In this document: positions 20,417 through 30,022 of the stretch, piece by piece | Layout of the letters: each line of letters starts with the position of its first letter | How positions within the stretch are numbered: the first letter of the stretch is position 1 | IMG/VR virus record: IMGVR_UViG_3300032265_002780 | Location: 1-55,243 of that record | Direction: 5' to 3' (one strand) | DNA: 55,243 nucleotides | DNA from: a virus | Taxonomy: Duplodnaviria > Caudoviricetes | Translations under genes and position numbers: made by a program | Notes under the pieces: generated by a model | Seen by the model: the letters and a program-made list of their open reading frames with translations, nothing else | What the model was told of the DNA's origin: nothing | Databases searched by the model: none

Positions 20417-20443
20417 ATATATATGGTCAAGACAAATTCAGAG

Positions 20444-20465
20444 GCCCCGTCATTTCTGACGGGGC
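20444..20465 (-). terminator. stem-loop after major tail gene
   Basis: GCCCCGTCA-GAAA-TGACGGGGC: perfect 9-bp stem with a GNRA loop; weak U-tract. Confidence 0.65.
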
Positions 20466-20498
20466 TTGAATCAATATTAAATTGTATATTAAGTTTTT

Positions 20499-21302
20499 TT
20501 AGAATGTTCCGTAAACACGGTCAATAACAACACCGTATTCTGAACCTGCATAGCTTGCATCTGAATCTGGTAGGCAACGGAAGTTGACTGGGAATACAGT
20601 TGCTGCATCACGCTTTAGTGCATGCATTGTTGTATCAATTGAAACAACACGACGTGCAACGTATACACGTTCTTTGTTACGTGCAACAGTTGTTGTTGAA
20701 CCTGTTCCAACTGAAACTACTGGTGTTGAACCTGTAGCTGCTGGATCATTAAATGCAGCAGATGTACCAATTTGAGCTGGAGCTTGTCCAACTGCAATAA
20801 GTACACGCTCTACTGGAGCATCTCCTAGAGCACCTGCAGCCACGTTTAATGTTGCTGCTGGTGTATCTGGTGTGCTGTTAACAGCAGAATCATTGTTTAG
20901 CAATGTTGGAACGTTAACAACTGAACCAGTTGAGTTTGCAACATATACGCTATCCATTTGACCCCATGAGAACTGTAGGTTTTCAAGAGTTGCTTCTGTA
21001 AGTTCTGTCTTTAGCATAACCTTTAGAGTTTGCTTGAAAATACGAGCTGCATCAAGAAGTTGATCAACCATTACTTCACCATATGTTGGTTCGTATGAAA
21101 CCTCAAGACCTGTAGTTGTGTAACCAACTTCACGATACAATGCAGACTGAAGTAGTCCAGTACGTGCTGATGTGTTTGTTGGCAAAAGAGCTGAAAGATC
21201 TGATTGCTTTGTTGTTGGACGACCATTATTGTTTGAGCTGTTTCCAACTGATGTGAACAATGATGCTGCGCCAACGATTACATTTTTAGTATTTGTAGCC
21301 AT
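20499..21302 (-). CDS. major tail protein
   Basis: 'NVIVGAA...VGYTTTGLEVSYEP...VDQLLD...TELTEATLENL...FPVNFRCLPD'; strong SD; position in module. Confidence 0.88.
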   Translation of the reverse strand: MATNTKNVIVGAASLFTSVGNSSNNNGRPTTKQSDLSALLPTNTSARTGLLQSALYREVGYTTTGLEVSYEPTYGEVMVDQLLDAARIFKQTLKVMLKTELTEATLENLQFSWGQMDSVYVANSTGSVVNVPTLLNNDSAVNSTPDTPAATLNVAAGALGDAPVERVLIAVGQAPAQIGTSAAFNDPAATGSTPVVSVGTGSTTTVARNKERVYVARRVVSIDTTMHALKRDAATVFPVNFRCLPDSDASYAGSEYGVVIDRVYGTF

Positions 21303-21375
21303 TTATTTATTTCACCACCTTATTTATTTTAAATTTTAAAACCAAACAAGATGACAACTTGCTTCCTCATAGAAA

Positions 21376-21384
21376 ATCATAGCA
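21376..21384 (-). promoter_or_regulatory. extended -10 promoter for major tail gene
   Basis: TGCTATGAT with TTGAAT 16 nt upstream, flanked by the inverted repeat CCTCATA/TATGAGG. Confidence 0.45.
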
Positions 21385-21406
21385 TTTATGAGGTATAATT
21401 CAAACT

Positions 21407-21934
21407 TTAGATATACCTGCCAGTATTGTTGATTCCTTCATCTACTTGACGGGTATAAGTATAGACACATGAAAAATCTCCGCTCATAAATCCACCTTCA
21501 TCTACAAATGGTTGGATTGGGCTGGCAGACTCTAGTCTAAAATACAAAAACTTAAATGGGCTTCCTGCTGCATGAGCCACATCATTAACATCTGCAGCTG
21601 AGAGTTCATACCTTCTAAACAGGTCTGTTAAAAAATTAGAAATAGAAAGAATTTCAGAATTACTTCTTGAAACTATCTGCATAATCATTGTTTCTTCAGA
21701 AATCCACCATTGAACCCCTGTGTTTCTTTGAACAATATCATAAGTTATGTATGTTTTGCCTGGAAGTAAATTATTAAATTCTGGAACTTGTTGAGAAGGA
21801 ATAATTGGAACAAGTGAAGTATTAAATCCATCCGCTATGTAATCATTAGAATTTAAAAGCTTAGAACTTTGTAGTTGTGCCCAGATAGCATTTCTTACAT
21901 CAAATACTGCTACTTTTGAATAGTCAATTGTCAT
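21407..21934 (-). CDS. tail terminator/completion protein
   Basis: Size and position immediately upstream of the major tail gene. Confidence 0.65.
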   Translation of the reverse strand: MTIDYSKVAVFDVRNAIWAQLQSSKLLNSNDYIADGFNTSLVPIIPSQQVPEFNNLLPGKTYITYDIVQRNTGVQWWISEETMIMQIVSRSNSEILSISNFLTDLFRRYELSAADVNDVAHAAGSPFKFLYFRLESASPIQPFVDEGGFMSGDFSCVYTYTRQVDEGINNTGRYI

Positions 21935-22650
21935 TTAATAACTTCCCCCGTATCTATCTGATCTGCAATTTTTGTAACTGCTTCTCTAACTTGTGCAACA
22001 CCAGAATTCTTAGAACTTAAAACTGTTGATACATCATTAGCTATTCTCTCATATAATCCAGATGAATCCATAATTGTATTTCCCTTTGTTGTATACCACT
22101 CAAGAAGGTATGAAGCAAATGCATTTTTTGTTTGTATCCCGCCTGGATGAAGAATGTTTATCTGAGTTCCAGGGGCTATGAAAGCAATGTCATTACCGCC
22201 CATAATAGCTAAAACTCTTTTTGCAGTAAATGATACTGGAGTTCCAGCTTCCATTATTGATGCTTTGTTTGCAAAAATACTTTTTCTTGAAACAGACTTA
22301 CCAGTTTTTCCTGGTATTAATAATTCTGGGTTTATCGGAACTGGCATTTTAGATGGTAAAAAATTTGTAGATATTAATAAATTTCCATCTAGCATTGCTG
22401 ATCTTTCTAAAACAAAAAGCCTTGCAAGCTTATCTCCTACCCTACCCCATTCATAAACATGGTGCATTTTCTTTTTATTCATTCTTGCATAGTTATCAAT
22501 ATCCACCATAAATCTTTCGCCAGTAATTGAAAAAACTGCACGGGATATTTGTTCTAATACTTTTGGTTTTGTCAACTCTTTTATGCTTAAAACAAAACTA
22601 TCAAGATTTTCTGTTAACTGCTTTGTATTAATTTCAAGCTTGATTGTCAT
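21931..22650 (-). CDS. neck/tail completion protein
   Basis: Position between stopper and terminator; 'HHVYEWG' motif. Confidence 0.55.
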   Translation of the reverse strand: MTIKLEINTKQLTENLDSFVLSIKELTKPKVLEQISRAVFSITGERFMVDIDNYARMNKKKMHHVYEWGRVGDKLARLFVLERSAMLDGNLLISTNFLPSKMPVPINPELLIPGKTGKSVSRKSIFANKASIMEAGTPVSFTAKRVLAIMGGNDIAFIAPGTQINILHPGGIQTKNAFASYLLEWYTTKGNTIMDSSGLYERIANDVSTVLSSKNSGVAQVREAVTKIADQIDTGEVIK

Positions 22651-23092
22651 CTTGCAACTCGCTTCTTAGAAGAACTGCTTCATAGTAAGCAGCTTTTCCA
22701 AATGGGTCTATAATTGCGTGTGCAGCTGTAATTTCAAATTTAGTATCAGGAGTATTGATTTTATCAATTTCAATAAAAATTGGATGACCGTCAGATGTAC
22801 GAATGTTTTCAATACGCCAACGCTTACTCATGAGTTCAAAACAATACATTTTTAATTGCATTTTTTCATCGTAGTTTAAATCAGAACCTTTTCCAAAACT
22901 TTTATTATCAGTTCTGGTTGAAGCGCCTCTCATTTTAACTGGCTCAATCTTACATTGTATTGTTTTTAAATATACCCATGAACGTACGATTGCTCCTGTA
23001 TTTGAATCTTGTATATTTTGTTGACTATAGATGTCAGCTGACATATTTAATACTGATCCGATAAATGAATTGGACTGGTTTTTATTAAACAT
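22634..23092 (-). CDS. head-tail stopper (head closure) protein
   Basis: 'ADIY...QDSNTGAIVRSW...TIQC' pattern and position. Confidence 0.65.
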   Translation of the reverse strand: MFNKNQSNSFIGSVLNMSADIYSQQNIQDSNTGAIVRSWVYLKTIQCKIEPVKMRGASTRTDNKSFGKGSDLNYDEKMQLKMYCFELMSKRWRIENIRTSDGHPIFIEIDKINTPDTKFEITAAHAIIDPFGKAAYYEAVLLRSELQDDNQA

Positions 23093-24048
23093 TAGATTAT
23101 AACAATATTGTTTTTGCGGTATTGATCAAGAATATTATCTACTGTAATATTTCCTGTACCATTAAAAGCACCCTTAGCCATTTCAAATGAAATTTCGCTG
23201 AGGTTAACTTTTGCCAAATACTTGTTTCTCCAATTGTAGTCATTTGAAAGAACATCATTAATTAAAAGCATTGTGGCAAGCTTAATATCTTCTGGCACAT
23301 ACTTATAACCAATTTGACCTACAAACTTGTATACATAATTATCTCTAAATCGTCCCGCCTCATAAATGGTAGGATCCATTTCATTGTTCCAGCCAGATGG
23401 GGAAGATGGATACCAAATTCTTAATTGATAACCACTAGGGCTAATCTCTGTAGTGTATCCAAAAGTATCATATACTGGTGTTTGCGTTCCATCATAAACA
23501 AGAACTTGATTTTCATACATTTGATCAATTTTAAGCATTTTTTCTGTTAACTGAATTCTATTTGAACCAATTCCGTAAGTTTCTTGACTTCCATAGTATG
23601 TATAAAATTTAATGCCTGTATAGCCTTCTACAATGGTTCTAGCGACCTTTTCTGCATTAGCTATAGATATTGGGTCAACATAGTTTAAAGATGAGGGATC
23701 TGAGCCAAATTGAAAAAAGTCTACAACTTCCCAAACATCTGCATATGGTATCTCTACCTTATAAAAATCTACTTCTGTTGTTGAAATCCCGCCAATAATA
23801 TAAGTCCACTTTATTTCTAGTGTACGGTTTATATTTGTAATGGCGGAAGTTAGCAAATAAGAATAAATACCTTCTGGGTCTTCATCTGTAGCAGTCAAGC
23901 CAGAAAATCCTGTAATTGGAGTTGAATCATTATCAGCATCATAAATAGATAGTGTCACGTATGTTCCACTATCTACTTGTTGTAAAACTCCATCACTATA
24001 AATTTTTAAAGTGATTTTTTCCTGACTATTGGTGTTGATTGTTTGCAA
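23092..24048 (-). CDS. head-tail adaptor protein
   Basis: 'ARTIVEGYTG...GYKYVPEDIKLAT...TGNITVDNILDQY', with an extra N-terminal Ig-like domain. Confidence 0.75.
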   Translation of the reverse strand: MQTINTNSQEKITLKIYSDGVLQQVDSGTYVTLSIYDADNDSTPITGFSGLTATDEDPEGIYSYLLTSAITNINRTLEIKWTYIIGGISTTEVDFYKVEIPYADVWEVVDFFQFGSDPSSLNYVDPISIANAEKVARTIVEGYTGIKFYTYYGSQETYGIGSNRIQLTEKMLKIDQMYENQVLVYDGTQTPVYDTFGYTTEISPSGYQLRIWYPSSPSGWNNEMDPTIYEAGRFRDNYVYKFVGQIGYKYVPEDIKLATMLLINDVLSNDYNWRNKYLAKVNLSEISFEMAKGAFNGTGNITVDNILDQYRKNNIVII

Positions 24049-24062
24049 TCAAAACACCCCCT

Positions 24063-24464
24063 TTATGCGTAGTACTCTTGAGCCTCTCGTGGAGTCGCAA
24101 GGCGAAAACCTTCTTGTGTATCAAAAATTCTTTGAGCATCTGTTTCTGACATTGCAATAAATGGATGTTCTTGACTAAATTCATGCCCACCAGTTTGATA
24201 TGAGTGGTTGTTTCTTTCCATTTTTACAAGTACTTGATTAGCTGTCTTACTCATAATTTTACTTTCTCTCTTTTTCTTTTCAAGTTCTGGAACTTTAATT
24301 TCTTCTTTTTCAGCATTATCAAACTTAGCATACATTTGATAACTAATGCCTTCTTCTTCAAGAACGGCAATGATTTCTTGTTTTGTCTTTAATCCGTCTA
24401 TTTCAATAGCAAAGGATTCTGCGACTTTTTTTAATTCTGTAATTTTTAAATCTGTAAATGACAT
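24063..24464 (-). CDS. hypothetical head-module protein with N-terminal helix-extension-helix-like segment
   Basis: MSFTDLKITELKKVAESFAI...KTKQEII. The start at 24464 follows a GAGAGGAAG SD-like sequence; the ORF track extends it to 24482. Confidence 0.6.
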   Translation of the reverse strand: MSFTDLKITELKKVAESFAIEIDGLKTKQEIIAVLEEEGISYQMYAKFDNAEKEEIKVPELEKKKRESKIMSKTANQVLVKMERNNHSYQTGGHEFSQEHPFIAMSETDAQRIFDTQEGFRLATPREAQEYYA

Positions 24465-24487
24465 TTGACTTCCTCTCGTCATTGTTT

Positions 24488-24496
24488 ATTATAGCA
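24488..24496 (-). promoter_or_regulatory. extended -10 promoter
   Basis: TGCTATAAT directly after the capsid terminator. Confidence 0.55.
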
Positions 24497-24504
24497 GAAA
24501 ATGA

Positions 24505-24532
24505 GTAAGGGAGATATTTCTATCTCCCTTAC
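24505..24532 (-). terminator. intrinsic terminator after major capsid gene
   Basis: GTAAGGGAGATA-GAAA-TATCTCCCTTAC (12-bp stem) followed by TCATTTTC. Confidence 0.75.
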
Positions 24533-24550
24533 GCTTGCAACTAATAAATA

Positions 24551-25699
24551 TTAGTATGTATTTCCGTTATTTCCACCAGTTACATTTGAACCGTTATATG
24601 CAGTTCCAAATGTTGTACCAGATACTGAACCTGCCACCTTAATGTTTTTAACAATAACGTGTGCATCGTAGTTTTCCATTACGCAACCAACACGAATGAA
24701 TAGTGTGTATTCAATTGTGTCCTTCTTTGGCTGGAACAAACGATAGACTGTTACGTCACGCTTGATACCAACAATGAAGTTTTGAGGGAATGTCAAGTGA
24801 AGGTCTCCGTGAGAGCCTGCTGCACCTGAATAATCTCCTGCTTGGGTTTCTGTGATCAACGGAACGTTGATAACTGGAATTCCAAACGCAAAAGGAGTTA
24901 CTGTTCCTGGACCGCCATCGTTAGCAGCAACATCACCACGAATGATACCTGAAGCGATATCAAATGGGTTTCCGTTACCAGCGTTAGCTGTCAAATTGAA
25001 CAAGTAGTCCTGTACCAAATTAGATCCTGTGAAGAAGCGAAGTTGGTTACGGCGTTGCTTGTACTTACGTGGAAGGGTCTTAATAGCTTGGTTAAAGACT
25101 GTCTTGTCAAGTCCATATCCATTAGCATCAACAACGTGTGCGTTGCTAAGTGCTAGTGAACGGAAACCTGCGAATGCTGACATCAAACCTGAACCAGTTC
25201 CAGTACCGTTAATAAGGGTATCCTCAATATCGTTACCAGCCTGGGTAGCCATAAGACGTGCAATGTGATCCTCTAGATCTGGACCTTCAATATTATCTTC
25301 AAGAGATTCTGCTGAAAGTTCCCAATCAAGACGGAGTTTGCGAGTTGTTAGAGACACCTTGTTAAATGTTGCGTTTTGTGCTGAGAAAGTTGTTGAATTA
25401 GCATTTGTATAGCTATCTCCGCTTGCAACGAAATTACGAGGATTGTCTTCTTGTGCAACTGTCATGATACGTTGTCCAACTGCAACACGATCAATCTCGG
25501 TTGTGTTTGCACGCATACGAATTGTACGAGCTGCTTTAGCTAGAATTGTTGCATCCCACATGTAATCCAAGAAGCGATTAGCTTGATCTGGATATAGAAG
25601 ACCGTTACCTGAAAGGTTAGAGGAATCTCCTGATGCATTAACTGCTGAAGAACCGAGGTTCGTTGTATCAATTACTTTTTGTAGAAGTTCATTACTCAT
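24551..25699 (-). CDS. major capsid protein (HK97 fold)
   Basis: 'GLLYPDQANRFLD...KLRLDWELSAESLEDNIEG...NDIEDTLING'; follows the protease; strong SD. Confidence 0.93.
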   Translation of the reverse strand: MSNELLQKVIDTTNLGSSAVNASGDSSNLSGNGLLYPDQANRFLDYMWDATILAKAARTIRMRANTTEIDRVAVGQRIMTVAQEDNPRNFVASGDSYTNANSTTFSAQNATFNKVSLTTRKLRLDWELSAESLEDNIEGPDLEDHIARLMATQAGNDIEDTLINGTGTGSGLMSAFAGFRSLALSNAHVVDANGYGLDKTVFNQAIKTLPRKYKQRRNQLRFFTGSNLVQDYLFNLTANAGNGNPFDIASGIIRGDVAANDGGPGTVTPFAFGIPVINVPLITETQAGDYSGAAGSHGDLHLTFPQNFIVGIKRDVTVYRLFQPKKDTIEYTLFIRVGCVMENYDAHVIVKNIKVAGSVSGTTFGTAYNGSNVTGGNNGNTY

Positions 25700-25737
25700 T
25701 TATTATTTCACCACCTTATATTTTTTTATAGATTTTT

Positions 25738-27174
25738 TTATATGCTAGAAGCACTGAGGAAAGCACCTTGCCATATACTTTGTTTTGGTTTTGTTTGACC
25801 CATTGGAGATTCTACCCCAACGGACTTCTGAACTGCAGTAGCTGATTCAAAGCCCTTGAGTTGATGATCTACATACTCAATTTTGCCTGACATATCAGTT
25901 ACTGACTTACTTAGTGCCTCATACTTTGTAACAAGTTCTTCGTTTGACTTTTGCATATCCTCATATGCCTTTGACAAACGAGCCATTTCAGCTCTTGTCT
26001 CGTTAACAATGTTGTACATATCTTGAACTGTTGCTGCGTGTGTAGCATAGTTCTCATTAGACTTTGTAATAGACTCACCAAAGAAGGCCTTGAGGTCAGT
26101 GACCATCTTTGTCAAATCAAGTGTATCTTCAACTTCAGAAATTGACACAGCCTTTTCAATGCTGGTATCTTCTGCGGTTTCTGCTACAGCTGAAACTTCT
26201 TCGGCTGGAGTCTCTACATCAACTGACTTCTCAATTGTTGTATTTGTATCTTCTGCCATTTTGTTACCTCCTTTGTTGAGCGAAATCTCTTCACTCTTTT
26301 TAAGTCCGTCTTCAAACGTGACTTTTTTCTTGCTATTTTGATCAGGATAAAGATTTATTGTAGCATTGCTATCAATTACATTACCTGCCAAACCTGGAGC
26401 TGCTGACTCCGTTGCTTCATGTGATGATGTTGGAGCATCATCTTTCTTAAAATAAGAATCAATTACTTTTTCAATTGCTTCAAACTTTTCAATATCTGAT
26501 TGCTCTACCCAACCAATATTTGTCATTTGTGCATCACATACAACACAGTCTTTTGTTGTTGATGTTGAAGTTGAGGCAATCTCATCTGTTTTACACCAAA
26601 AAACATTTTCCAATGTGACGTCTGCCACCATGCCTTTTACAAATGTGCTTCCATCTGTATTCTTTTCAATAGAAAAAAAGTTTGCTAGTTGATTTGCTGG
26701 TGAGTCAACCAATGAAAGTTCATGAAGATCATAGTCATGAATAACACGACGATCTTTTCCAGACCCGTCATCTGCTTTTTCCATCTTTGCATCATTGATA
26801 TTTCCACCAATTGAAAATCCTGAATAAGTTCCATCAAGAACTTTTTCCCATGCATCTTGTGCACCCTTTGAAATATAAGCAGTTACATAAATTCCGTTAT
26901 ATTTTTTATTTGTTTCTGGATCAAAAAAATTGTCTTCTTTAAATTTAATCATTTTACCAACAGCTGATGGTCCGTGCATTTCACGGATGTTGCCTCTGAA
27001 TCTTTCAAATGCTTTTTTGTTTGCGTCAGATGTTACTATATCGCCGTGGCGATCAACATTATCTAGTGATGCGAAACCTGATACAGTTCTTTTTTCCTTA
27101 TTAACCTTAGAAATAGGAAAGGCAAGAGCCATTGAAGATTCGCTGTTTGACCAATAAGTTTTTTGAATGTCCAT
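25738..27174 (-). CDS. prohead protease fused to scaffold-like C-terminus
   Basis: HK97-type protease motifs (REMH, GFSIGG, ELSLVDSPAN), an internal C..D...CxxC and an acidic coiled-coil tail. Confidence 0.88.
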   Translation of the reverse strand: MDIQKTYWSNSESSMALAFPISKVNKEKRTVSGFASLDNVDRHGDIVTSDANKKAFERFRGNIREMHGPSAVGKMIKFKEDNFFDPETNKKYNGIYVTAYISKGAQDAWEKVLDGTYSGFSIGGNINDAKMEKADDGSGKDRRVIHDYDLHELSLVDSPANQLANFFSIEKNTDGSTFVKGMVADVTLENVFWCKTDEIASTSTSTTKDCVVCDAQMTNIGWVEQSDIEKFEAIEKVIDSYFKKDDAPTSSHEATESAAPGLAGNVIDSNATINLYPDQNSKKKVTFEDGLKKSEEISLNKGGNKMAEDTNTTIEKSVDVETPAEEVSAVAETAEDTSIEKAVSISEVEDTLDLTKMVTDLKAFFGESITKSNENYATHAATVQDMYNIVNETRAEMARLSKAYEDMQKSNEELVTKYEALSKSVTDMSGKIEYVDHQLKGFESATAVQKSVGVESPMGQTKPKQSIWQGAFLSASSI

Positions 27175-27184
27175 ATGTAAATAA

Positions 27185-27193
27185 ATAATAGCA
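27185..27193 (-). promoter_or_regulatory. extended -10 promoter, near-leaderless
   Basis: TGCTATTAT 10 nt before the protease ATG; no SD. Confidence 0.45.
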
Positions 27194-27215
27194 ATATTTA
27201 TGAATAACTCATAAT

Positions 27216-27587
27216 TTAATTAATATTATTTTCATCATTTCTGGGTATTATCTTGACGTTTTGATATGGCTGTTGTAGTTCTGGAGCCTTTATCTCCCCG
27301 CCCGTTGGTATTGAAACTGGTGGTAGTTGAGGTGGAATCTCATTGCTTTTATCATCAATATTATTTACATAAGGGGTCTCAATATGAGATTGTGGCATAA
27401 CGTTTGGTGAGGCAGTAGAGTTATGAGATGCTAGGCCTCCAGTTATAAAGCCCATAATAGGGTATAGGAGCCCTGTAACAGTCTTCTGAAATCCTGTTGC
27501 TGCCCACATTCCATATGAACTAATAAGGGCTATTCCCAGCTGTTTAGCCTCACCCACATTAAATTTAAAATGATGTTTTAAGCTCAT
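27216..27587 (-). CDS. putative holin/membrane protein
   Basis: Two N-terminal hydrophobic segments and a Pro-rich tail; ATGA overlap with the endolysin stop. Confidence 0.5.
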   Translation of the reverse strand: MSLKHHFKFNVGEAKQLGIALISSYGMWAATGFQKTVTGLLYPIMGFITGGLASHNSTASPNVMPQSHIETPYVNNIDDKSNEIPPQLPPVSIPTGGEIKAPELQQPYQNVKIIPRNDENNIN

Positions 27588-28441
27588 AGTGCACCTTTTA
27601 AGTTATCATAAACAATTTGTGGAACTGCCCCACCCTTAACAATAATTCCTAGTGTTTTATCAAATTTAACTAATGCCGCCTGTGTTTGTACATTCATTGT
27701 TCCTGTTGCATATTTTGCCAAAAGTATTTTTTTCTTAACTAAAGCTGATTGTATTGTTAATACGGCATCATTTGTTTGTCCTAATTTAAATGAATTTTGT
27801 GATGATGGAAATGGTGGTGCAACAAATAATGTTTGTGGTTTATTGTTGGAAGTATTTTGTGTGTTTGGTGCTGTGTGAAGCATCCCAGTAGTTCCCGCCA
27901 CTGCTGCACCTGTTGCTGCTACGCCCGCTGTTGCTTTTTTGCCTGTTGAAACACTTGTTGTTGGTTTTACTGGTACTGGATATTTAGGTCTTACAATTGC
28001 CATTACATAAAGATATGGGCGATGTTCTCTGTAACATCCTCCACCATTTGCTGCTTCTTTTGTATTTTTATCTGTAGTGTTAAAACCAATTGTTGTTAAT
28101 CCGTCTGGTGATGCTGCTTCTACAATTTCTACATGCTCAGCAACTCCTGAACCCCAACTAAAAAAAACAATGTCTCCAGGTTGTGCTTGATATTTATTTA
28201 CAACTAAACCTTGTCGTTGAAACCAAGTTAATCCTGCTGGACAATATGCAAAACCTTTTGGAGTTTGTGCTGCAACTAAATGTGATAAACCAACTCGTGA
28301 AAAACACCAACTAATTCCCATTGCACAATAAGCTGCATTTGGAACACCATACCAAATTCCATATGGGTTTTCATTCATAGGTCCTTCAACAAAACCTATT
28401 TGACTACGAGCAACATTTAAAACATCAAGTGCTGTTGCCAT
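27584..28441 (-). CDS. endolysin: CHAP/NlpC-P60-type domain plus peptidoglycan-binding domain
   Basis: 'ARSQIG...NPYGIWYG...YCAMGISW...PGDIVFF...HVEIV', a T/A-rich linker, then 'LGQTNDAVLTIQSAL...TQAALVKF'. Confidence 0.8.
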   Translation of the reverse strand: MATALDVLNVARSQIGFVEGPMNENPYGIWYGVPNAAYCAMGISWCFSRVGLSHLVAAQTPKGFAYCPAGLTWFQRQGLVVNKYQAQPGDIVFFSWGSGVAEHVEIVEAASPDGLTTIGFNTTDKNTKEAANGGGCYREHRPYLYVMAIVRPKYPVPVKPTTSVSTGKKATAGVAATGAAVAGTTGMLHTAPNTQNTSNNKPQTLFVAPPFPSSQNSFKLGQTNDAVLTIQSALVKKKILLAKYATGTMNVQTQAALVKFDKTLGIIVKGGAVPQIVYDNLKGAL

Positions 28442-28444
28442 TTG

Positions 28445-30022
28445 CTATGCCTGTTGTCTTCCCTCACCTTTTGGAGCACGAGAGGTGCCCATCTTATCTG
28501 GTGCATTTAATACACGATCTTGACTTCTTGTTTTATTACCACTTGCATCAGATGCAGCATCTTGTGCAGCTTTTGGATTAATAATAAGAACATCGTCTCC
28601 ACCTGTAAGTGGAGCCATGCCACGACGTGCACGAACTTCATTAGGAGTAATAACTTGATCTTTAAGATAACGATCATCAATTCTTGATTGTGTTTCTTCA
28701 TCTGTCAATGCAAGTTCATTAAACCTTAATACAAAAGCATCTGTAAATTCTTTAATAATAAGATTAATTTTAAACTCAAGTTCTTCTTGACGTGGACGGC
28801 ACACTTGCTCTTTAAATGTTTTATCAGCATCTTTAGCATTTGCAAGAGAAACTCCAACTGGCATTCCAAGCTTTGATACTGGAACACGGTGTGAAAGAAG
28901 AATACGATCTCTGTTTTCTACTGCATAGTTTCTAAATGAAGAATCTTGAATTCCAGCTTCAATTGGCTGCATATCAAATTCAACACGACCTTGCTCTCCA
29001 TCTGATGGAAGAGGAATATAAAGAGTTCTATGATTTCTTCCCTTAAGACCTGTTTGAAAAAACTCAAGAAGCTTTCGTTCTGAATCAGCAGTAAGTTTTG
29101 CACCTTTTACCGTAATGATATATCGTGGAACTGCTTTATTTTCAAAATAATCTAGATTAAAACGTTGTGCAAATTCATCACCAGCAACTGCATTTTTAGC
29201 AGACAAAACATCTGGAACTCCATAGTATGTATTTGAAGGCGTAAATACTTTAAAATGAATTACTTCATTTGGCTGTGGATCTGTACCAATTTGATCAGGA
29301 GTTTCTGTATCTCCAAAATTTCTAAAGAATGTGTAGCGATTGTATACAACTTGTACAAAACCGTCACGGTGACGGCGGATACGCATAGTTGTTGTAGGAA
29401 TATGTCCAATATAACCAATTTTGCCTGTGGCTGTACGACCAATTTCCATATAAGCATTTCCTGTTGATTCAAGATCAATAAAAATCTTTTTCATTGTTTC
29501 TGTAAATGAATCATCAGAATTAAGAGACTCTAAATATTCTCTAAGCTGCTCTTTCATTCCTTCAATTTTTGAACGTAGTTTGTCAAGCTTTTTTGCATTA
29601 TCCATTGACTCTTCAATTTTTAATGTAGTAGCCCATGTATTTTCAAATTTATATCCTAGACCAATTACGTTTGCAGACTTGGCATTTACTGCAGAGTGAT
29701 GATATGGAGATACATCATAAAGTTGTGCTAAATAAAGAACATTGTATGGAGGTTGAACAATTTGAAAAAGAGAATACCCTGTAAGGTCAAGTGGATCAAG
29801 TTTCTTAGACTTTGCATCTCCCTGCCCAGTAAATGACTTTTGCATTCTATCAACTTTACGGCGAAAGTTTGCACCAAGTCCTTCTGCTTTACGAATGTTT
29901 TCCCATGTTGAATTAAATGGGTCATCAAAATCATGTTCTACTGTATGGGCGGGTGCATCAAGTTTTACTGTAATTCCACCCTCATCATCATCAATACTGT
30001 CATCAATAGTTAAATTAGCCAA
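28445..30022 (-). CDS. portal protein
   Basis: 'DLESTGNAYMEI', 'NEVIHFK...YYGVPD', 'YFENKAVP', 'HRVP..KLG', 'ITPNEVRAR'. Confidence 0.93.
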   Translation of the reverse strand: MANLTIDDSIDDDEGGITVKLDAPAHTVEHDFDDPFNSTWENIRKAEGLGANFRRKVDRMQKSFTGQGDAKSKKLDPLDLTGYSLFQIVQPPYNVLYLAQLYDVSPYHHSAVNAKSANVIGLGYKFENTWATTLKIEESMDNAKKLDKLRSKIEGMKEQLREYLESLNSDDSFTETMKKIFIDLESTGNAYMEIGRTATGKIGYIGHIPTTTMRIRRHRDGFVQVVYNRYTFFRNFGDTETPDQIGTDPQPNEVIHFKVFTPSNTYYGVPDVLSAKNAVAGDEFAQRFNLDYFENKAVPRYIITVKGAKLTADSERKLLEFFQTGLKGRNHRTLYIPLPSDGEQGRVEFDMQPIEAGIQDSSFRNYAVENRDRILLSHRVPVSKLGMPVGVSLANAKDADKTFKEQVCRPRQEELEFKINLIIKEFTDAFVLRFNELALTDEETQSRIDDRYLKDQVITPNEVRARRGMAPLTGGDDVLIINPKAAQDAASDASGNKTRSQDRVLNAPDKMGTSRAPKGEGRQQA

